Positions 1 to 8,994 of a stretch of DNA of 64,000 nt are shown in pieces. The position numbers and the translations under genes were made by a program. This DNA is from Alphaproteobacteria bacterium. Its GTDB lineage: Bacteria; Pseudomonadota; Alphaproteobacteria; MPNO01; UBA830. The DNA is taken from contig OZ251539.1 in the NCBI GenBank assembly GCA_965243135.1, forward strand, positions 3,648,001 to 3,712,000, written 5' to 3'. The notes beneath the pieces were generated by a model. That model saw only the letters and a program-made list of their open reading frames with translations, did no database searches and had not been told where the DNA came from. Within the stretch, counting starts at the first letter, position 1, and every line of letters starts with the position of its first letter.

Positions 1-567
1 CGAATCGAGGCGGACAAGAACGTCAGGATAGAAACGCTTGCGCAGAAAGCGTCGGGCGACAGGGGGGTCTACGACGTGGATGGCGGAACCCTCGTGCTGA
101 CCGGCGACGTGAGTCTCGACACCGAGACCGACCGGATCACGGCGAACGAAAGCCTCGAATACCGGGAAAGGGAGAGCCTCGCCATCGCCCGCGGAAACGC
201 CGTCGCCCGGCGCGGCGAGAACCAGCTGCAGGCCGACGTCCTGACCGCGCGCATCGTGAACGGCGACGACGGCAAGGCCGTCGTCAAGGAGGTCGACGCC
301 GTCGAGAACGTCGTTCTGACCACTCCGCAAAACGTGGTCCGCTCGCGGCGCGGCAACTACGATCTCGAATCGGGCATCGTCCGGCTCACGGGCGCGGTCA
401 GAATCACGCAGGGCCGGAACCAGTTGAACGGCGACGAGGCCGAGATCGATCTGAACAACGGAGTCAGCAGGCTCCTGAGCAGCGGCCGGCAAGGCGTCAG
501 CGGCGTCTTCATACCCGATTCGGAATCCCTGCCGCGGGCGCGGCGCGGAAATCAGGGGACGCCTTGA
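1..567 (+). CDS. lptA: LptA/OstA-family LPS transport periplasmic protein (5' end outside window)
   Basis: Frame open from base 1; repeated OstA beta-jellyroll segments (LVLTGDV, ARGNAV, LTGAVRITQG.NQL.GD); overlaps lptB start. Confidence 0.85.
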   Translation, partial: RIEADKNVRIETLAQKASGDRGVYDVDGGTLVLTGDVSLDTETDRITANESLEYRERESLAIARGNAVARRGENQLQADVLTARIVNGDDGKAVVKEVDAVENVVLTTPQNVVRSRRGNYDLESGIVRLTGAVRITQGRNQLNGDEAEIDLNNGVSRLLSSGRQGVSGVFIPDSESLPRARRGNQGTP

Positions 568-1319
568 CCGGCGAACGCGATTCGCCGCCCCTCCGGAAGA
601 CCGGTCTGCACGTGCGCGGAGTGGGCAAGCGCTATCGCAAGCGAACGGTGCTTCGCGACGTCAGCATCGCGCTGGAGCGGGGAGAAGTGGTCGGACTGCT
701 CGGGCCGAACGGCGCCGGAAAGACGACATGCTTCTACATCGTCATGGGCATGGTGTCTCCGGACTACGGAAAGATCGCGCTCGACGGTTACGACGTGACG
801 GACGTTCCGATGTACCGCCGCGCCCGGATCGGGATCGGCTACCTCCCGCAGGAATCGTCGATCTTTCGCGGCCTCAGCGTCGAAGACAACATCCGCGCCA
901 TCCTCGAGACGGTCGACAGGGATCCCGCGAAGAGGAAGGCGACGCTGGAAGAACTCCTCGCGGAGTTCTCGCTGACGCATCTGAGGCGCAGCCCCGCGCT
1001 CGCGCTATCCGGGGGCGAGCGCCGGCGCGTGGAAATCGCCCGCGCCCTCGCCTCCCGGCCGAACTACATTCTTCTCGACGAGCCCTTCACGGGCATCGAT
1101 CCCCTCGCGGTCGACGACCTTCGCGCTCTCGTCGCCCACCTCAAGTCCCGCGACATCGGCGTGCTGATCACCGACCACAACGTGCGGGAAACGCTCGACA
1201 TCGTTGATCGAACCTATATCCTCTACGATGGCGCCGTCCTGATGGAAGGCGCGCCGGCGGAGGTCATCGAGCATCCGGAGGTGCGCCGCCTTTACCTGGG
1301 CGACAGGTTCAACCTTTAG
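564..1319 (+). CDS. lptB: LPS export ABC transporter ATP-binding protein
   Basis: GLLGPNGAGKTTCFY Walker A, YLPQESSIFRGLSVEDNI, LSGGERRRVEIARALA, LLDEPF, DHNVRETL; lptA-lptB-rpoN context. Confidence 0.96.
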   Translation: MTGERDSPPLRKTGLHVRGVGKRYRKRTVLRDVSIALERGEVVGLLGPNGAGKTTCFYIVMGMVSPDYGKIALDGYDVTDVPMYRRARIGIGYLPQESSIFRGLSVEDNIRAILETVDRDPAKRKATLEELLAEFSLTHLRRSPALALSGGERRRVEIARALASRPNYILLDEPFTGIDPLAVDDLRALVAHLKSRDIGVLITDHNVRETLDIVDRTYILYDGAVLMEGAPAEVIEHPEVRRLYLGDRFNL

Positions 1320-1420
1320 GCCGTCCGGCGCAGGCTCGTGACCGCAGATCTCCCGTCGCCGAAGTTCCGCGCAGCCTCGAGATTCCGGCGGGCGGACGCG
1401 CCGGAATCACGGATCCCCGG

Positions 1421-2743
1421 ATGATGCCCGGACTGCGACCGGCGCTGCGCCCGGCCCGGTCGATGACGCGGCATTTGCTGCAGGCGATCGAGCTGCTGCA
1501 GATGTCGAGCGCGGAGCTTTCCGCCTACGTGGAGCGGGAGCTCGAGCGCAACCCCTTTCTGGACCGCGAGGAAGGGCCTGCGTTCGACGGCGGGGACGCC
1601 GCCGGGCGTTCCGCCGGGCCCGCGTCCGGCGGCGAACTCGTCGCGGCGGACGAAGCTACGCTGCGCGATCACCTCGCCAGCCAGATTCGCCTCGAATTCC
1701 GGGGATCCCGGGAGCGGCGGATCGCGTTCCGGCTCGTCGAACTGCTCGACGAGAACGGCTGGCTCACCGAAGATCTCGAGGCGGTCGCCGCCGCGCTCAA
1801 GTGCGAAATCGGCGACGTGGAACGGGCGCTGGCCCGATGCCAGGCTCTGGATCCTCCGGGGATATTCGGCCGCTCACTCGCCGAATGCCTCGCGCTGCAA
1901 CTGCGCGAGAAGGGCCGCCTCGACCCGCCGATGAGAGCGCTGCTTGACAACCTTCATCTTCTCGCGCGCCGCGATTTCGCCCGATTGCGCCGCCTTTGCG
2001 CCGTGGACGACGAGACCCTGTCCCGGCTCGTGCGGGAGATACGGGCGCTCGACCCGCGCCCGGCCGCGCGGTTCGAGCGCGAAGCGGCGCAATTCGCGAT
2101 CCCCGACGCGTTCGTTCGCCGCAGGAACGGCGTCTGGCGCGTCGAGCTCAACGGCGACGCGTTGCCGCGGGTTCTCCTGAACCGCCCGTATTACGCGGAG
2201 ATGCGCGGGCAGGCGCGTTCCGAACGGGAGCGCGAGTATTTCAGCGACCGGCTCCGGTCGGCGAACTGGCTGGTTCGCAGCCTGCGCCAGCGGGCCGACA
2301 CGATTCTCAGGGTGGCGTCCGAACTGGTCGCCCGGCAGGAAGAGTTCTTCGATCACGGCGCCGCTCGCCTGCGGCCGATGACGCGGCGCGATCTGGCCGT
2401 CGCCGTCGGCCTGCACGAAAGCACGGTCGGCCGGGCGGTCGCGAACAGGTATCTCGGCACGGAGCGCGGCGTCTTCGAAATGAAACGCTTCTTCACGAGC
2501 GCGGTCGGCGGCCCGGCGCGGTCCTCCGAAGCGGTGCGGTTCCGCATCAGAACGTTGATCGACGAGGAGAAGCCGGAAGCCGTTCTTTCAGACCACGGGA
2601 TCGCGGGGATCCTGGGCCAGGAAGGAATCGACGTCGCCCGCCGGACCGTGGCGAAATACCGCGGCGCGATGCGCATTCCGTCGTCCGCGCAACGCCGGCG
2701 CGAGAAGGTTTCCGGAGCGGCCCGGCCGCGCGGGCCGCCGTGA
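1421..2743 (+). CDS. rpoN: RNA polymerase sigma-54 factor
   Basis: LQAIELLQMS region I, HESTVGRA HTH, RpoN box ARRTVAKYR. Confidence 0.95.
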   Translation: MMPGLRPALRPARSMTRHLLQAIELLQMSSAELSAYVERELERNPFLDREEGPAFDGGDAAGRSAGPASGGELVAADEATLRDHLASQIRLEFRGSRERRIAFRLVELLDENGWLTEDLEAVAAALKCEIGDVERALARCQALDPPGIFGRSLAECLALQLREKGRLDPPMRALLDNLHLLARRDFARLRRLCAVDDETLSRLVREIRALDPRPAARFEREAAQFAIPDAFVRRRNGVWRVELNGDALPRVLLNRPYYAEMRGQARSEREREYFSDRLRSANWLVRSLRQRADTILRVASELVARQEEFFDHGAARLRPMTRRDLAVAVGLHESTVGRAVANRYLGTERGVFEMKRFFTSAVGGPARSSEAVRFRIRTLIDEEKPEAVLSDHGIAGILGQEGIDVARRTVAKYRGAMRIPSSAQRRREKVSGAARPRGPP

Positions 2744-2809
2744 ATCGACGAACGCCGGTCTCGCGGGCGGGCGGAGCCGAAAAAAACGGCGCGGCGCAAG
2801 CGCCTGCTT

Positions 2810-2838
2810 TTGACAATTCCGCCGCGGCGGCCTACTCT
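2810..2838 (+). promoter_or_regulatory. sigma70-type promoter of AAA/PD-(D/E)XK copy 1, probably leaderless
   Basis: TTGACA-N17-TACTCT, then 6 nt to ATG 2845; same geometry before all four paralogs. Confidence 0.75.
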
Positions 2839-2844
2839 CTTCGA

Positions 2845-4378
2845 ATGACGAAGCGCATGCTGCCGACCGGCATGACGTCCCTCCGGAAAATCCGGACGAG
2901 AGGCTGCTACTACGTCGACAAGACGGACCATCTGCGCCGCCTCGTCGAAGGGGGCGACTACTATTTCCTGTCGCGTCCGCGCCGGTTCGGCAAGACCCTG
3001 CTGGTGGACACGCTCCAGAAGCTGTTCGAGGGAAGCGAGGAACTGTTCCGGGGCCTCGCCATACACGGCAAGTGGGACTGGTCGGCGCGCCGTCGTGCGG
3101 CTGGATTTCAGCGGCGTGGGCCGTTTCGATACCCCGGACGGGGTCCGGGGAACCGTGGAAAGGCAACTGGCGGCGACGGAGAGGCGCGCCGGCCTCGAAC
3201 CGGGTCCCGCCGGGGCGGCGGTCCGTTTCCACGAGTTGATCGAGGCCCTGCACGAGCGCACCGGGCGGCGGGCGGTCGTGCTGGTCGACGAATACGACAA
3301 GCCGATCCTGGACGCGCTCGGCGACCGGGAACTGGCGCTGGCCAACCGCGACTTTCTGCGCAGCCTGTACGGGGTGATCAAGGCTTCCGACGAGCAACTC
3401 CGTTTCGTTTTCCTGACGGGGGTGAGCAAGTTCTCGCAGGCGGGCCTGTTCTCGGGCCTGAACAACCTGATCGACGTCACGCTGGAGCCGGAGTTCTCGG
3501 ACATCTGCGGCTACACGGACGACGAGCTGGACACGGTCTTCGCCCCGGAACTCGAGGGCCTGGACCGGGACGAGGTCCGCCGCTGGTACAACGGCTATAA
3601 CTGGCGCGGGCCGGAGAGGGTCTACAACCCGTTCGGCCTGCTGCTGCTGTTTCGGCGGCGCGAGTTCCGCCCGTACTGGTTCCAGAGCGGCACGCCGACC
3701 TTCCTGGTCGAGACGCTGGCGCGCCGCGACCTGCCCACCCCGGACCTGGACGGCATGACCGGCAGCGAGAGCCTGCTGTCGTCCGTCGACGTGGACAATA
3801 TCTCGATCGAGGCGCTTCTGTTCCAGACCGGCTACCTGACCATCGCCGGCGAGGAGGACGGGCGCTACAGGCTGGGCTACCCGAACCTCGAGGTGCGCCG
3901 GAGCCTGGGCGAGGCTTTGCTGGAAGAACTGCTCCCGGCCGAGGCCCGCGAGGAGACGGAGAACCTGCGGCTGGGCGAACTGCTAGAAGCGAACGACTTC
4001 GAGCGCCTCGGGACCCTGTTCCGCGGCATCTTCGCCGCCATCCCGCACCAGTGGTACGCGACCAGCCCGGTCGCGAAATACGAGGCCCACTACGCGAGCG
4101 TCATCCACAGCTGCTTCCTGATGGAGGGCGTCGAGCCGGTCGCGGAGGACAGCGGCAGCCGGGGGCGCGCCGACATGGCGATCCGCGTCGGCGGGCGCGT
4201 CTACCTGTTCGAGTTCAAGGTGGTGGAGCGCGGACGGGAGGGAACCGCGATCGCGCAGTTGCGGGAGAAGGGCTATGCGGACAAGTACCGCCATCTCGGG
4301 CATTCGGTCCACCTGATCGGTGTGGAGTTCAGCCGGGCGGAGCGCAACGTCGTCGGGTTCGATTACGAAACCGCCTGA
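2845..4378 (+). pseudogene. AAA-ATPase-like + PD-(D/E)XK nuclease (PDDEXK_9 type), copy 1, frameshifted near 3090
   Basis: MTKRMLPTG..YYVDKT..LSRPRRFGKT in one frame; VLVDEYDKP, FLTGVSKF, YNP, GRADMAI..YLFEFK..KGYADKY in another; 5-bp deletion relative to copies 2 and 3. Confidence 0.85.
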
Positions 4379-4417
4379 AGCCGGACGAGTTCGACGTCCC
4401 GTTCGGACATTTCGACA

Positions 4418-4543
4418 GCCGCCTCCACGAAAGAACGCCGTCCGCGACGCGGGTTCGGCTTGCGCTTTGTCGAAGGCGGCAGCCGCTTCCAGCGGTTCGT
4501 CGCCTTGCGCGCCAGCAACTTGACGGGCCGCGGCGCCGCCAAG
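4418..4543 (+). repeat. 3' trailer repeat shared with the region downstream of copy 3 (23737-23850, minus)
   Basis: GCCGCCTCC.CGAAAGAACGCCG.CCGCGACGC..GTTCGG.TTGCGCTT.GTCGAAG..GGC...CGCCTTGCGCGCC.GC..CTTGAC aligns by eye. Confidence 0.8.
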
Positions 4544-4810
4544 CTGCACTGAGCCGCGCCTTGCCCCCCGGAGCTTGCGGCGCGGTCGCGTCCGGCCCGC
4601 TCCGGCACCCTCCCGGTTGAACATGCCCGCGTTCGGACAGCCGGAAAGCGGGCCCGGAAGCAAGCGCGAAAAAGGGCGCGGCGCAAACGCCTCAACTGCT
4701 TGACTTGCTTGCGGGCGGTGCTAGTTTCGCTCCCCTTGGCTCGGCAGGACGACAGTTGCCGCGCCGGATTCCGTGAACATTTTGGCCGGACGACAGTCGG
4801 CCGCCGGGGC

Positions 4811-5392
4811 ATGCAGGTAACCGTCTCAGGAAAACAGATCGAAATCGGCGCAGCCTTTCAGGGATACGCGGAAGGCCATCTCGAAGCCGTCGTCGGCAAA
4901 TACTTCGACCGCGGCATCGACGCGGCGGTGACCGTTTCCCGTGCAGGCCAAGGCATGCGCGTGGACATCAAGGTGCACGCCGGCCGCGGTTTCGTCATCC
5001 AGTCCCACGGCGAGGCCGAGCAGACGCAGCAAGCTTTCGACGTCGCCCTGGAGCGCGCCGGAAAGCGCTTGCGGCGCTACAAGCGGAGACTCAAGGGGCA
5101 CCATCGGAAGGAACGCGCGCAGGCGAAGCTCGCGCCTCTGAACGCCCAGCGCTACGTCATCGCGCCGCCGGACGAGGACGAGGACGAGAGCGCGAATCAG
5201 GACGCCGGAGCCGCGGTGATCGCCGAGGTCACCAGGGAAATCGAAACCCTCTCGGTGGGCGACGCGGTGATGCGTCTCGACCTCGCGGACCGGGCGGCGC
5301 TCATGTTCAGAAACGCAGCGAACGGACAGCTCAACGTCGTCTATCGCCGCCGGGACGGCAACATCGGCTGGATCGATCCGCAACCGACCTGA
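4811..5392 (+). CDS. hpf: Ribosome hibernation promoting factor (long HPF/RaiA)
   Basis: MQVTVSGKQIEIG, KRLRRYKRRLK, C-terminal LSVGDAVMRLDL..VVYRRRDGNIGWIDP. Confidence 0.93.
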   Translation: MQVTVSGKQIEIGAAFQGYAEGHLEAVVGKYFDRGIDAAVTVSRAGQGMRVDIKVHAGRGFVIQSHGEAEQTQQAFDVALERAGKRLRRYKRRLKGHHRKERAQAKLAPLNAQRYVIAPPDEDEDESANQDAGAAVIAEVTREIETLSVGDAVMRLDLADRAALMFRNAANGQLNVVYRRRDGNIGWIDPQPT

Positions 5393-5403
5393 CGGGGGAG
5401 AAG

Positions 5404-5868
5404 ATGGAAATCGCGAACTTCCTGGAAAGGAACTGCGTCGTTCTGTCGATGAGGGTCAAGAGCAAAAAGCAGGCGCTCGAGGAATTGGCCGACCATGCCG
5501 CCGAAGCGACCGGCCTTTCCGAACGGCGGATATTCGACGTTCTTCTCGAGCGGGAGCGGCTCGGCACGACCGGCGTCGGCGGCGGCATCGCCATACCCCA
5601 CGGCAAGCTATCGGAACTGGACCGGCTCTTCGCGTGTTTCGCGCGGCTCGACGAATCCGTCGATTTCGACGCGGTCGACGACAAGCCCGTCGATCTAATC
5701 TTCCTTTTGCTGGCGCCGGAATCCGCGGGTGCCGACCATCTCAAGGCGCTTGCGCGAATATCGCGAGTGCTGCGCGACGATTGCGTTTGCGAGAAACTCC
5801 GGACCGCCGTGACCCCGGACCGCGCTTACGGCGTCCTGACCGGACACGTCGAAAGTCGCGCCGCCTGA
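5404..5868 (+). CDS. ptsN: PTS IIA-like nitrogen regulatory protein
   Basis: SKKQALEEL, RERLGTTGVGGGIAIPH, PVDLIFLLLAPE..GADHLKALARISR. Confidence 0.95.
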   Translation: MEIANFLERNCVVLSMRVKSKKQALEELADHAAEATGLSERRIFDVLLERERLGTTGVGGGIAIPHGKLSELDRLFACFARLDESVDFDAVDDKPVDLIFLLLAPESAGADHLKALARISRVLRDDCVCEKLRTAVTPDRAYGVLTGHVESRAA

Positions 5869-5950
5869 AGGGAGCGCGGACGGCTTGCCATCGCTCCCGA
5901 CCCGCGCTATTCTTCCTTGGCATCTTGGCTTCGTTAGAGGAGTTACGGAC

Positions 5951-6154
5951 ATGAAAAAGCTTTTCGCAGTGGCGGCCGTCGGCGTGCTCGCATTCTCCGC
6001 GCCCGCATGGGCCGATGGCGGATACGGAGCTTGCGCCGGGCTTCACACGGTTCAGACCGAAGTGCCGAAGCAGAGCACGCAGACGGCCCAAACCCCGCAG
6101 AGGCCGCGGCAGACGGCCGGCGTGCCCGGCAAGGCGTCGCAGCCGGGCGGATGA
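5951..6154 (+). CDS. Small secreted hypothetical protein
   Basis: GAGGAG RBS; MKKLFAVAAVGVLAFSAPAWA signal peptide; upstream TTGCCA-N17-TATTCT promoter. Confidence 0.7.
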   Translation: MKKLFAVAAVGVLAFSAPAWADGGYGACAGLHTVQTEVPKQSTQTAQTPQRPRQTAGVPGKASQPGG

Positions 6155-6238
6155 GGTTCTCCGCCGCCTGAATTCGCCCGTCCGGAGATCTTCCGGCCTG
6201 CGGCGCGAACGGACGCGGCGCGTCGGAAGTTTCGGACG

Positions 6239-7258
6239 ATGGGATACAAGGTGGCTGTTGCCGGGGCGACCGGCAATGTCGGGCGCGAGCTTCTGCAGAT
6301 CCTCGCGGAGCGCGATTTCCCGGCGGACGAGGTGTACGCGCTGGCGTCCCCGAAATCCGTCGGACGCGAGGTGTCGTTCGGAGAAGACCGCGTCCTCAGG
6401 GTGCAGGATCTCTCGACGTTCGATTTCGAGGGCGTCGACTTCGGCCTTTTCTCGCCGGGCGCCAAGGTTTCGGCCGAACATGCGCCGCGGGCCGCCGCCG
6501 CCGGCTGCGTGGTGATCGACAACACGTCCCGGTTCAGAATGGAGCCGGACGTTCCGCTCGTGGTGCCGGAGGTCAATCCTTCTGCGCTCGACCGGCATGC
6601 GAAGCGCAATATCGTCGCCAACCCCAACTGTTCGACGATTCAGATGGTGGTCGCGCTGAAGCCGCTCCGGGATCTCGCCAAGATCAAGCGGGTGGTCGTC
6701 GCGACCTATCAGTCCGTCTCGGGCGGCGGCAAGGCGGCGATGGACGAATTGTTCAACCAGACTCGCGGAATTTACGTGAACGACCCCGTCGTGCGGGAGA
6801 TGTTCACCAAGCAGATCGCGTTCAACGCCATTCCCCATATCGACGTCTTCATGAACGACGGTTCCACCAAGGAGGAATGGAAAATGGCGGTGGAGACCCG
6901 GAAGATACTCGATCCCGATATCGCGGTGCATGCGACCTGCGTGCGCGTTCCCGTCTTTATCGGTCATGCCGAGGCGATCAACGTCGAGTTCGGGAGCCCG
7001 GTCGGGGAAAGAGAGGCGCGCGCCGCTCTCCGGGAATCGCCGGGCGTCGTCGTGGTCGACCACCGTGCCGACGAAGGATACGTGACGCCGGTCGAATGCG
7101 CGGGCGACGATGCGGTTTACGTGAGCCGGATCCGCAAGGATCCCACGGTCGAAAACGGACTGTCCATGTGGGTGGTTTCGGACAACTTGCGAAAAGGCGC
7201 GGCGCTCAACGCGGTACAGATCGCCGAGACGCTGGCGCGCAAGCGGCAAGCGGCTTAG
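6239..7258 (+). CDS. asd: Aspartate-semialdehyde dehydrogenase
   Basis: VAGATGNVGRE, ANPNCSTIQ, TYQSVSG, DNLRKGAALNAVQIAE. Confidence 0.97.
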   Translation: MGYKVAVAGATGNVGRELLQILAERDFPADEVYALASPKSVGREVSFGEDRVLRVQDLSTFDFEGVDFGLFSPGAKVSAEHAPRAAAAGCVVIDNTSRFRMEPDVPLVVPEVNPSALDRHAKRNIVANPNCSTIQMVVALKPLRDLAKIKRVVVATYQSVSGGGKAAMDELFNQTRGIYVNDPVVREMFTKQIAFNAIPHIDVFMNDGSTKEEWKMAVETRKILDPDIAVHATCVRVPVFIGHAEAINVEFGSPVGEREARAALRESPGVVVVDHRADEGYVTPVECAGDDAVYVSRIRKDPTVENGLSMWVVSDNLRKGAALNAVQIAETLARKRQAA

Positions 7259-7293
7259 ACCGCTGCGGCGGGCTCGGACGGACCGAACGGCCA

Positions 7294-7322
7294 TTGCGCC
7301 CGCCGTCGGTCCGATTCATAAT
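7294..7322 (+). promoter_or_regulatory. sigma70-type promoter of fdhD, probably leaderless
   Basis: TTGCGC-N17-CATAAT, then 6 nt to ATG 7329. Confidence 0.55.
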
Positions 7323-7328
7323 TCCGCG

Positions 7329-8171
7329 ATGGAAAACGGCTATATCGTGGCGCCGGATCCGGGCGATGCGCGTCTGACGGAGCGCGTGTCCGGCGTGGAC
7401 CATGCGGGCGCTCCCGTCGAGACCGCGGTCACGGTCGAACGGCCTCTCACGCTGTTTCTCAACAGCCGCGAAATCGTCACCCTCATGACGATCGGCGACT
7501 ATCCCGAATGCCTCGCCGTCGGCTATCTGGTCAATCAGAACATGCTGCGGCGGGACGACGAACTTACCGGCGTCGAGTACGACGAGGAGGCGGAGGCCGT
7601 GGTGGTCAGGACGCGGCGCGAAACCGATTTCGAGGAGAAACTCGCCCGGCAGACCCGCACGTCGGGCTGCGCGCTGGGCACCGTCTTCGGCGACATCATG
7701 GAAACCTTCGGGGACGTCGCGCTCGATCCGGACGCGGTCCTGCGGACCTCCTGGCTCTACGCACTCACCAAAAGGATCGCCCTCACGCCCAGCCTGTATC
7801 TCGAAGCCGGAGCCATCCACGGCTGCGTGCTGTGCGAACGCGACCGTCCGTTGATCTATATGGAGGACGTGGGGCGTCACAACGCCGTCGACAAGATCGC
7901 CGGCTACATGTACCTCAACGAGCTTTCTCCTGCGGGCAAGATCTTTTACACGACGGGCCGCCTGACAAGCGAGATGGTGATCAAGACGGTGCAGATGGAA
8001 ATTCCCATCCTGGTTTCGCGATCCGGCTTCACGGCATGGGGCGTCGAGCTTGCGCGTCAGGCCAATCTGACGCTGATCGGCCGCGCGCGCGGGCGTCGCT
8101 TCATGGCTCTCGCGGGCGTCGAACGGATCGTGCGCGACGCGAACGTTGCCGGACAGGCGGAATCGGCTTGA
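7329..8171 (+). CDS. fdhD: Formate dehydrogenase accessory sulfurtransferase
   Basis: ERPLTLFLN, TSGCA.G, GAIHGC, EDVGRHNAVDK, TGRLTSEMV. Confidence 0.95.
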   Translation: MENGYIVAPDPGDARLTERVSGVDHAGAPVETAVTVERPLTLFLNSREIVTLMTIGDYPECLAVGYLVNQNMLRRDDELTGVEYDEEAEAVVVRTRRETDFEEKLARQTRTSGCALGTVFGDIMETFGDVALDPDAVLRTSWLYALTKRIALTPSLYLEAGAIHGCVLCERDRPLIYMEDVGRHNAVDKIAGYMYLNELSPAGKIFYTTGRLTSEMVIKTVQMEIPILVSRSGFTAWGVELARQANLTLIGRARGRRFMALAGVERIVRDANVAGQAESA

Positions 8172-8310
8172 CCGGCGGCGCGACGTCGGCGGGGGCGAGG
8201 CTCCGCGTTCGATTACTCGCGACGGCCTTCGGGAATCCGGCGTCCGAGGACTGCAGCGGACGCGGGATCGCCCGCCGGCCCGCGCGGAAATTCCCTCCTT
8301 CGGGGCGGCG

Positions 8311-8931
8311 GTGACGCCGGAAACGCAAACGGCATGCGGCTTGTTGCTTGCCGGCGGACGTTCGAGACGCATGGGCGGCGGCGACAAGTGTCTCGCGTCC
8401 GTCGCCGGGCGAACGTTGCTGCGCCGCATTGCCGACATCGCCGCGCCCCAGGTCGGGCCGATGCTGCTCAACACGAACAGCGATCCCGCCCTGTTCGAGG
8501 ATTACGGATTTCCAGTGGCGGCGGACGTGGTGGAAGGGTTCGCAGGGCCGCTTGCCGGAGTATTGACTGGCCTCGAATGGGCGCGGGAAAACGCGCCCGG
8601 CTGCGCGTGGGTCGCCAGCTTCGCCTGCGATGCGCCGTTGATTCCCTCCGACCTCGTGGCGCGGCTCGCCGCAGCGGTCGCGGAACGCCGGGCGGACATG
8701 GCGTGCGCGAGCTCCGGCGGACGCGATCATCCCGTTTTCGCGCTCTGGCCGGTCCGGCTCGCGGAGGATCTGCGCCGCGCGGTCGTCGATCAGGACGTCC
8801 GCAAGGTGGATGTCTGGACCGGACGATACCATCTGGCGCGCGCCGAATTCCCCGTCGAACCGTTCGATCCGTTCTTCAACGTGAACCGTCCGGAGGATCT
8901 GGAGGCCGTCGCCGCGCTTCTTGTGGGCTGA
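8311..8931 (+). CDS. mobA: Molybdenum cofactor guanylyltransferase
   Basis: LLAGGRSRRMGGGDK, GFAGPLAG, CDAP, FFNVNRPEDL; GTG start approximate. Confidence 0.93.
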   Translation: MTPETQTACGLLLAGGRSRRMGGGDKCLASVAGRTLLRRIADIAAPQVGPMLLNTNSDPALFEDYGFPVAADVVEGFAGPLAGVLTGLEWARENAPGCAWVASFACDAPLIPSDLVARLAAAVAERRADMACASSGGRDHPVFALWPVRLAEDLRRAVVDQDVRKVDVWTGRYHLARAEFPVEPFDPFFNVNRPEDLEAVAALLVG

Positions 8932-8994
8932 CGGCGGCGCGGGCGGTCCGGGCCCTTCGCGCGCGGACGGCGGCGACCGTTTCGCGGCGGCGCG

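Noticed and set aside
1996-3600. 534-aa ORF overlapping rpoN
   Set aside because: Only 2845 to about 3090 is real (N-terminus of copy 1); the rest is off-frame.
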